Positions 55,532 through 64,000 of a stretch of 64,000 bases of DNA are shown here, in pieces; position 1 is the first letter of the stretch; each line of letters opens with the position of its first letter. The position numbers were made by a program, and so were the translations under genes. This DNA comes from Balanoglossus misakiensis (lineage: Eukaryota > Animalia > Hemichordata): assembly GCA_040954595.2 (NCBI GenBank), contig CM082588.2:4466156-4530155 (forward strand), given 5' to 3'. A model generated the notes under the pieces. That model was not told the DNA's origin and did no database searches. It saw only the letters and a list, made by a program, of their open reading frames with translations.

Positions 55532-56397
55532 CTGGAACTAGAGCCTATAAGTACCCACCATCATATTATCTGAGTTCTTAGAGATGCCTTTTGCTTGAGG
55601 CATAGCTCCAACCGAACTTTAGTGTTTATTATATCACTGACGGTTTGTAACATGGAATTTTAGCTTGCACACTGTCACGATACTCAGTGTTACGACCCGC
55701 GCCATCACAGTCTACAGTAAAGACCACTTTCTTCTTTCACAATTTAGCATCATTGATTTTACTGTCTTTAAATATCGGCAAAGTTTCCTCAGATAGACAT
55801 CAGTGTGACAATATCTAACGCGTGAGCTACTACAACTCATATTTCGTCCCAGCTCGTGTCAACACGTGAGCTAAACCTCGTTTGCCAATCAGCCGTGTGC
55901 GAGCGTTCCGTGTCCGACGTTCACATAAATTTCAACGGAACACCCACAGTTACACGTAACCTGGTCATTTTTTAGTTTCGAATGAATCGAGAGGATTAGG
56001 AAAACAAACCATATTTTTCTCTTCTAATTTCATATCTTCTTTATCGCCTGCCTTGCTACTTTTGGGTCAATTGCGCTCTGAGATAGGGTTTTAATCTTAG
56101 GGCGATGCCCCTATACATGTACATCTAATAAATTCGGACGTACACCTGGTGACCAGTTCGAACCATGTATCACGTAGCAGTTACGTGGACTAAATCGCTT
56201 TATCAGATAATTTATCAATTCAGTTGGTTTGTATCATTAGACCGTTTTTTTGTGTCTATCAGTCTTTGGGTAGATTGCCATACGCTACTGCTTACGTGCA
56301 TGAGAGTGTACCTGCCCACTTGACGTGACCCGATTTATCATTGTCCCGCTCGAACGGCAAAACATACTGACAGTTAGTCAACGGAGAGCACACGACG

Positions 56398-59300
56398 ATG
56401 CTTGCCGAAAGCAAAAGCTGCTTTTACGTCGTCCTTGCGGCATTGTTAGCCGCGTCAACGCGAGCAACCGAGCTGCATATCCTTCACACGAACGCCCAGT
56501 TTTCCCACATCGAAGAGTTCAACGCCAACGGCGCGCCGTGCTCCGGCAACGAGGAGTCGTGTTACGCGGGTGTGGCACGCCGAGTGACCGCCATCGAAGA
56601 AATACGATCGACGGTGGAGAACAGCGTGCTTCTTGACGCCGGAGACACCTTCACCGGAACGGACTGGTACTCGGTTTTTCGAGGGCAGGCCTCGGCTCAT
56701 TTCATGACCAGCCTGAACTACACAGCGGCGGTAAGTTTCAACAACCATTTACAACTCTTTACAACCCAAAATTCGTACATGTAATTTGTCATGAGTACTA
56801 TATTTACGTGTGGATTTTTAGTTGAAATATTTTGGTTCACATATTGGCAGGGTATGATATCATGATAGAAATAGTTTCGTCAGGAGCTGTGTTTTGCATC
56901 TTCATCTATCGAGAATCACTAAAAGGTGGAACACAAAATTTTGAACCAAGGAGTGGGCAGGTAATGTTTTACGCTTAATGATACTTGTTCGATCCGACAT
57001 AAACTGGGGGTATTTTCGTCGTAAACGGGGAATTACAGCAGCCATGTCTCATTGAGTGGTGATTTGATCATGTTTGCCGTGCCAGCTGTATAAGACCGGC
57101 GGTGACTAGAAATGTGGTTATCTAACCGCTGAAAAGACCTGGGGTTGCGATTTAATCGTGTTTGCAAGAAGGACACTGCGTGGAAAAGTTGATTCAACAG
57201 TTCATTAGACTGCCAGTTCTTTGTGTGATGTATTGTGTAGACGTATTGTCAGCCGCGTCAGGTATACTGCATTATTTACACTGAGAGGAACGCGTCTGTG
57301 CCGGGTTAGCAACACGGACAGCAAGGTCAAGAAATGTTACACGGCAGTTTTAATCGGTATCAGTACAGAACGGTAGTATTATCCCGCCGGATAGTGGGCA
57401 GAAATACATATATGTACAACAACACAGGAATTTTGTGACCTGGCAGATTGTCAAAATGATAAACTTGGTTGTTGCACAAAAAATATTTCTGTCGGAACAG
57501 AATTGGACCATACGTGAAAAACACAAGCCCTTACCGTGATTGAAATTGTTGCTGAATATAAAACTCGCTATCTCGGACAGTGTTGTGACGACATAAATTA
57601 TTTTGCGATATTTGTAATCTGAAAAACACGACAGGTGATATTTCTAGGTAAAATAACCCCATGAGAGGCATTGCTTACACTAAAGTACATGCCCTTGGTT
57701 CAGCCATTGTCCGATTGTAATGTTTATGCCGCTATCAATACCACATTTGACCTCGGGGAAATACTCGTCCCGAACCCCATTCCTTGTGAAAGTGCCTTGA
57801 ATAAATATCATGGTCAGTGTGTATGTCTAAAAAGAAACCAATTCTTAGGCTATAGATACTGGAGTTTCTCAAGCGTACACAACTGTACCCAGTGTTCATA
57901 CTTATTGGTTCAGTCTGGCCGTCAATAGTATCATATAGCAAAGACCAGCTTTCAATGGCATTCCAGCAAATAGGCCAATAACAGATAATAACTAGAGATT
58001 CCCCAACCGCTTGTACTTTTCAAGAGTACATTGACCTTCAAGGGAAAATGTCACACAGAGCTAAGGTGACATTTGCCAAGATTGGACTCAATCACCCGTT
58101 ATTAAATCCGCGATGACATCATTTTATTGTTCTGTTAAGTACGTATTATTTCCAGTGTTCACACAGGGCGAGCACTTTTACTTAATCCGTAAGAGACGCC
58201 CGTGGTGGTGGATGAGCTAATGCATCTTCCTCGCGGAAGAATTCAAACAACAGGGCAAACAGTGATGGGCGTGTATAGTAATTCAGGCGTCTGAGTGTAT
58301 TGAATCCTTCCCCCGTCTATCCATGATAGTGACAACCCCCTCGTATCTATTGAAATATTTCGTTGTTGTGTATATTGTACTGGTCCATCATTGACCCAAA
58401 TATCTCTTGTACTTTTAGAGCCTCGGAAAGTACGACTTCTTGGACGGTACCGATACACTTTTGGCCTTCCTGGAAAACACCACGTTCCCTGCTGTAGGAT
58501 GTAACATCAACACAACGAATGAACCTGATTTCGCCAACCACCTCATCCCGTCTGTGGTTCTGACCTTGTCAGATGACGACAGAGTTGGTATTGTGGGCTA
58601 CAGCGATGACACTATCCCGGATGCATTCCGTACAGGTGAGTTATGGCACAGTCCATCTATCACATATCACACTGTGGTTGATGTGAGCTGGTAAACACAG
58701 TGCAATCCTGGAAAAGTCACCATTTGTATTGGAATCACAACCGTGTTCTCGTAAATGAAAGGTGACCTTTACTGCAGAATAAACTAACACAAGCGTAACA
58801 TTCTTTCTATCGTATGAATGGAAAGAAAAAACTTGTACTTAACACAGAATACTTAGCCATGCATGGCAGAGCCAGGTATGCTGAGGAATGTATTACGCTC
58901 TAGGTCATGGTTTGGCAAAAATTTCCAGCGTCCAAAAATGATTTGACAGAAATTGTTACAGGGAACCACAAGCAAAGAATTTTTTGAAGAATTTGTGTGT
59001 CCTTCTTTCACTCTTTCCTTCTGTCCAAAATATATCCCTCAATCTATCCCCACCACAGAAACTTCCATTGGTCAACTGATCGGTCAAACACACACCCTGC
59101 ATTCACGAAATTTTTCTGGTACCTTTGCAGGTGATCTGATTTTCGATGACGTCATCTCTTCGGTGCAGACTGAGGTCAGCCGTCTGGAGTCTGAAGGGGT
59201 GAACAAGATCGTCGCTCTTGGATACGGTGACACAGAGCTGCACCAAGCCGTCGCTGATGAGGTTGTTGGCGTTGATGTTATCGTCTATGGCGGCCCTAAA

Positions 59301-61575
59301 ACTTTGCTCCACAATGGTAATAGCAGTAATAGTATGATATCTGACGAGATGATAATTTTCCACTCATAACGAGATATCGCCAGACTTGGCCAATTACAGT
59401 AGCAACTGGTTGCTGACCAAGTAATACAAGTCAATCTTTTTTTAACGAAACCAGAATAGGTACAGACTTTAATTTAGTGATGGGCAGCCTAGTTGTATCG
59501 CATCGTTATGCAAATTTATTTACATATACAGGTGCAGGCAATAATAGTGAATTCTTGTACATCAATACATTGTAATTGAACATTTAGCTAGGTATATATT
59601 GGAACATCGTCCATGCTTTGTTGTTCTAGAGGTTTGATACTGATGGCTCTAAAGTGAAGAAATAACCTGATTACTTATCAATTTCCAATCAACAAGTTCG
59701 TCATCATGACGAAAGTTTTGATTGATAACATGTTCTTAATGCCGATCTATATTTACACTGCAGGTGTGCCGGATGCTCCCGAAGACGAAGGTCGTGTCAG
59801 CGGCGACTACCCGACAGTTGTGAACCCAGGGAACGACCCCAAGGTCAATGTGTTAATGGTGACCGCTTACAAGTGGGGCAAATACCTTGGTCACCTCAAC
59901 GTGACGTTCGACGTCGATGGCAAAGTGGTGAATTGGACGGGAAATACATTGTTGATGGAAAAGAGCATAGAAAAGGGTGAGTGCACTCATTCGGAATAGG
60001 GTTTTTTGTTGGGCCAAGACTGCATGAACACTTGAGGTTGGCCAACTGTGACCAAATTTTTACGGGTGACCACTGGAATTCGTGAAATCTTCCAGACGCC
60101 TAACCAAAAATGTATTAATATTCAATCCAAATGTTTGTATATCTATTAACAGATTCGGATGTAGCATCGGATGTTAGCGAATGGCGAGCTGAACTTGACA
60201 CGGAACTCGCCCGAGTAATCGGCAAAACTCGCGTTCTCCTCGACGCAAGCGCAGAGACGTGTCGTCTGCAAGAATGCAACTTTCAAAATCTGCTGATGGA
60301 CGGGGTCATCCACCATTATGCAAAACGGGGTCATGAAGACATCCACTTTGCCATCGTCAACGCAGACAGTTATGACTACTACATAAACGAGACTGGTTCA
60401 GGTAAATTAACATTAGTCACATTCGAAGGCGCAACAGAGCAAAAGGCTGTCTAACGGCAAAAGTGGAAGTTATATAAGTTTACTTGAAAATTGTGTCATT
60501 AGTCAAAATTGGCCTAATTTAAACCCGAGTATCATAATGTTTTTGTGTGTGCAAATGTCCTGTATTTCAACGTTGCTGGCGCACTCGTTATTAAACTATA
60601 TGTATGGATTTCTCACAACAGGCGATGTAACCTTTGGTGATGTGTGTGCTGTGAATTTGTACTGGGAGACCATGGATATTGTTGAACTCGAGGGCAAATT
60701 TGTACGACAGGCATTCGAGAGAGCAGTTGATAACTATGACGGATACACTCAAATTGGATATTTTCTTCAAGTTTCTGGTAAGTTTCTGGAAAACGTTCAA
60801 AATGTGAGTGTGTAGTCACTGGCGGGCGCTAAATACTTGTTATTAACTTGTGGTGGTGGTGGTGGTGACGACGACAACGACGACAAATACAGAGTCCCTG
60901 GACCATGGAAGGATGTACTGCATAGGCACCGCATTGTTGAACCGTGAACAGTTCGGTTACAAAAAATAACTCTACGCGCACATTTTCATTTCCAGGAGTA
61001 CGCGTGACGTACGATATCCAGACTTGGCCGGGGCAGAGAGTGAAGGAATTATTAGTGAACTGTGCAGACTGTCGTGTGCCAGAGTACAAACCACTGGACG
61101 TCAATGCAGTCTACAAGTTTGTAACCAATAGTTACCTGGCGGGTGGAGGCAGTGGGTACAGCATGATTGGTGACAACAGACTCTCTCATTTTATAGGTGA
61201 GTACGTCATCAGATCAGTTAGTTAGTCTCACCACGGTCAATCCACAATGAAGTGACCGTCACGGTGGTAAGTGCCAGGATGTAAGGGTCACATAAGGGTC
61301 AAGAAAATGGCGTCTTGGTTAACGATGGAATAACCTGAAGAATGCTTTTCTTTCTCTGAATCACTCCAGGGGACGAACAGCACGATATCATCCAGGAGTA
61401 TATATCTGCAACGTCACCAATACTTCTTGGCGTCGAAGACAGAATTATGTTTTCTAGTGGAAGTGAGTGTCCCGAACCCGTGAGCGGAGCGATACAGCTT
61501 TCAAGCTTTCACACAGGATTATTTACATCTTTTTTACTCACAGTATTATTGTTTTTCGTCGACAATATTCATTGA
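56398..61575 (+). CDS. Ecto-5'-nucleotidase (CD73)-like copy 3, about 586 aa, predicted catalytically inactive, signal peptide and GPI-type tail
   Basis: Exons 56398-56730, 58419-58635, 59131-59316, 59764-59976, 60153-60401, 60622-60777, 60996-61196, 61370-61575; same intron positions and phases as copy 2, no stops or frameshifts. Motifs changed to HTNAQF, GKYDFL, LGYGD, GGPKT, NADSYDY; tail SGAIQLSSFHTGLFTSFLLTVLLFFVDNIH*. Confidence 0.92.
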
Positions 61576-64000
61576 TAAGTTTGCTATGGTGACAATGTAT
61601 ACGGATTATAATCGAGAAGTATTAACCGATATTATAGGCAGTTTAGGGTCGTATAACCGAAAAAGGGTAACTATTTCGACCAAAGAGTAATTGTATCTTT
61701 TTTCTGTTCTTTGTGTTGTATTTGTTTTCTGTTTCGTTCATTCTTAACCCTCAGGTAAAGTTTCGTCGTAGTTGACAAGATTCTAGTTCTCTTACTTGAG
61801 CTGTTCTGGTGGTACGTCGCCCTCTACAATATTAAAAAGAAATACTGCCGCTGATGGCGCAATTACTTCCGCTCAGTACAGCTTGTATGTGGGAACTCGC
61901 CAGAAAGACGCGTATATTAGTGGCATTTAATTTTAGGGATTGTGTTACTAAGTAAAGTTCATATGATCAACGAATTGTCATGAAGTGTTGTATACGAAGT
62001 ATGACAAGAATAAATAAATGAATGATGGATGATTAAATAAATAATTAAAAAAACAAATAGATAATTTGGTCGCAAAAACCAAATATTGTGACAATTTCGT
62101 CTCCAACACAGTGCCTAGCCAACGGCGGTATTAGTTTGACATTTTGACATCCTTCGTATGAGATCGCTCTCGCCGTTAGAGTAAAACTAATAACGAGAAT
62201 ATGAATTGAAAAGAAGCCGTAGCGTATTTTCCACCCGGATCGATTACACATTGCAGTCACGTCACAGAAAACCAATATCCGCTGACCACATATCTATGGC
62301 TTCCACAACAACGAAATGTGAAAATATAAAACCTGACAAATGAGGACACAAAACTGAATCTTTAACCCTCTCCGCGGATGCAATTAACTGCATCCTACAA
62401 AGTAGTCCAAGAAAATGCGATTGAGAAATCTGTGTATTTTGCGTATTGTATTGTTCTTGCCCTTTTTTCTGGATAGACAAAATATCATAGAAATGTCTAT
62501 ATTTCAGCCGCGGTAATCATTATAACGAGCAGCTGGTCTCCACGCACACGCGAGCAACTATGCGCCGGGCAGGCATAAAACCCGCAACGGCGGCGAAAGG
62601 GCCCTAGTTTAAACGTATTACGAGGGAATGCCGAGATAACGGCGCTAATACTAATCTCCCGTCGCCACGGCAACCAGGCAAACGATAAAATCATAGAGAG
62701 GGCAGCCGGTTGCCTACTAAGATCTGGGCTGTTAAATTGGCTTAAAACCAGCGTTCCGGCTCCGAGATCTAACTAACCGTGATGTCGCAGTGCACGCCGA
62801 AGCAGATTTGTGTCTGAGCTTATCTCTGTTTCCAATTTTATTTTACGATGGAACACAATCCATGCGGCCACGTAATTTAGTTTTATAACTTGTAATATAC
62901 TGCCTGCTAAGTTTGCCGTCACAAGAATGCAGCCGACACCGAAGCACTCCCTGAATCATGTAAGGATTCCAACACCGTTTTCTCTGGCGTTTTTTATGAG
63001 CGCGCTGCCGCAGGAAAGCAATCTCTAGGTACCTAATTTTATTTTGCGGAACGTGTTCTCAATACGGATTCGACTATTTGTAATTTGCCGCTACACAATC
63101 GGATTTTTTTACTATTTAGTGGTAACGCCTCCAGAATGGAAGCTGTAATAGCAGAACACCAAGGTTGTTAGGCGTGTCTGGTGCATGGAGTGGGTGCCAG
63201 ACGTACTGGTGTACACATGCAGACATACAGATGGGGAGGGGAGGGAGGGATGAAGGAATGTGAATATCGCAGTGTTGTGTGATGGCGAGGTTTAAAGTCA
63301 TGAACATATGTATGTAAAGACAGACAGACAGACAGACAGACGCATACAATTCTTTAGTGTATTTACATGTACACATACAGGAATATATATGGACACATTT
63401 ACAATCCAATCCAAGACCCCCACATATAAAACCCCCAAAGTCTACATGTACACGGTTTGTTTGTTAAAACATAAATTATCACCAAGGACAAACCTCAGAG
63501 AAAAAAGCCCATCACTTCTAGAAACCGCATGTTGTCACGGTAATGATGATAGTGAGACTACAAATAAAACAGTCACGCGTCGAGTGTCGGTGAGACGCAT
63601 ATCACCTAAATGCAAGTCACATAAATGGCTCAGCCAATATTTTTTGGCCAATAAAAACAACCTTTAAATTTCATTGAAATCGATTCCGTGCTGATTTAAT
63701 AACGAGGATTACGGGGTGACCAGTTTGGAATAAAAATTCTGATTTTAATAACTTGCGATCTCAATCTCGCTCTGTTTTCCATGAATTATGAAAGAGGCGA
63801 AATGAACAAGGATGAATATAGAAAAAAAAACAATTTCATTAACAGTTCCGGTTTCATTAGTGTAATTGACACGTCATCAATTATGATTCTTGGCGTTTGC
63901 ATCAGAATTCTCCACAAGTGCTTGTTAATTTCACTTCGCCAGTAAATAGGGTTCAGAACACACCTTCTGAATTAATTAGCCGGTCCCTTTGATGCGGAGA

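Overview
Intron-rich animal genomic DNA with GT-AG introns and microsatellites; it looks like a marine invertebrate, possibly a deuterostome, but taxonomy is an inference. In order, the window holds: (1) the 5' part of an AGPAT3/4-type lysophospholipid acyltransferase (-), whose catalytic NHx4D exon is present twice as two 170-nt, same-phase copies separated by a structured intron; (2) a complete 12-exon cytosolic tyrosyl-tRNA synthetase with a C-terminal EMAP-II-like domain (+), head-to-head with AGPAT; (3) a Mab21/cGAS-like nucleotidyltransferase-fold gene with a single coding exon (-); (4) an MCT8/MCT10-type SLC16 transporter (+); (5) two tandem ecto-5'-nucleotidase (CD73-like) genes (-), one apparently lacking a GPI signal; (6) two stefin (type-1 cystatin) genes with degenerate inhibitory loops (-); (7) a third, inverted CD73-like gene (+) with an intact reading frame that has lost nearly all catalytic residues. 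The strongest leads are the putative mutually exclusive active-site exons of AGPAT with an intronic RNA stem, and a CD73 trio that appears to comprise secreted-active, GPI-active and GPI-anchored pseudoenzyme forms. Exon boundaries were read by eye and checked for phase consistency; no database searches were run.
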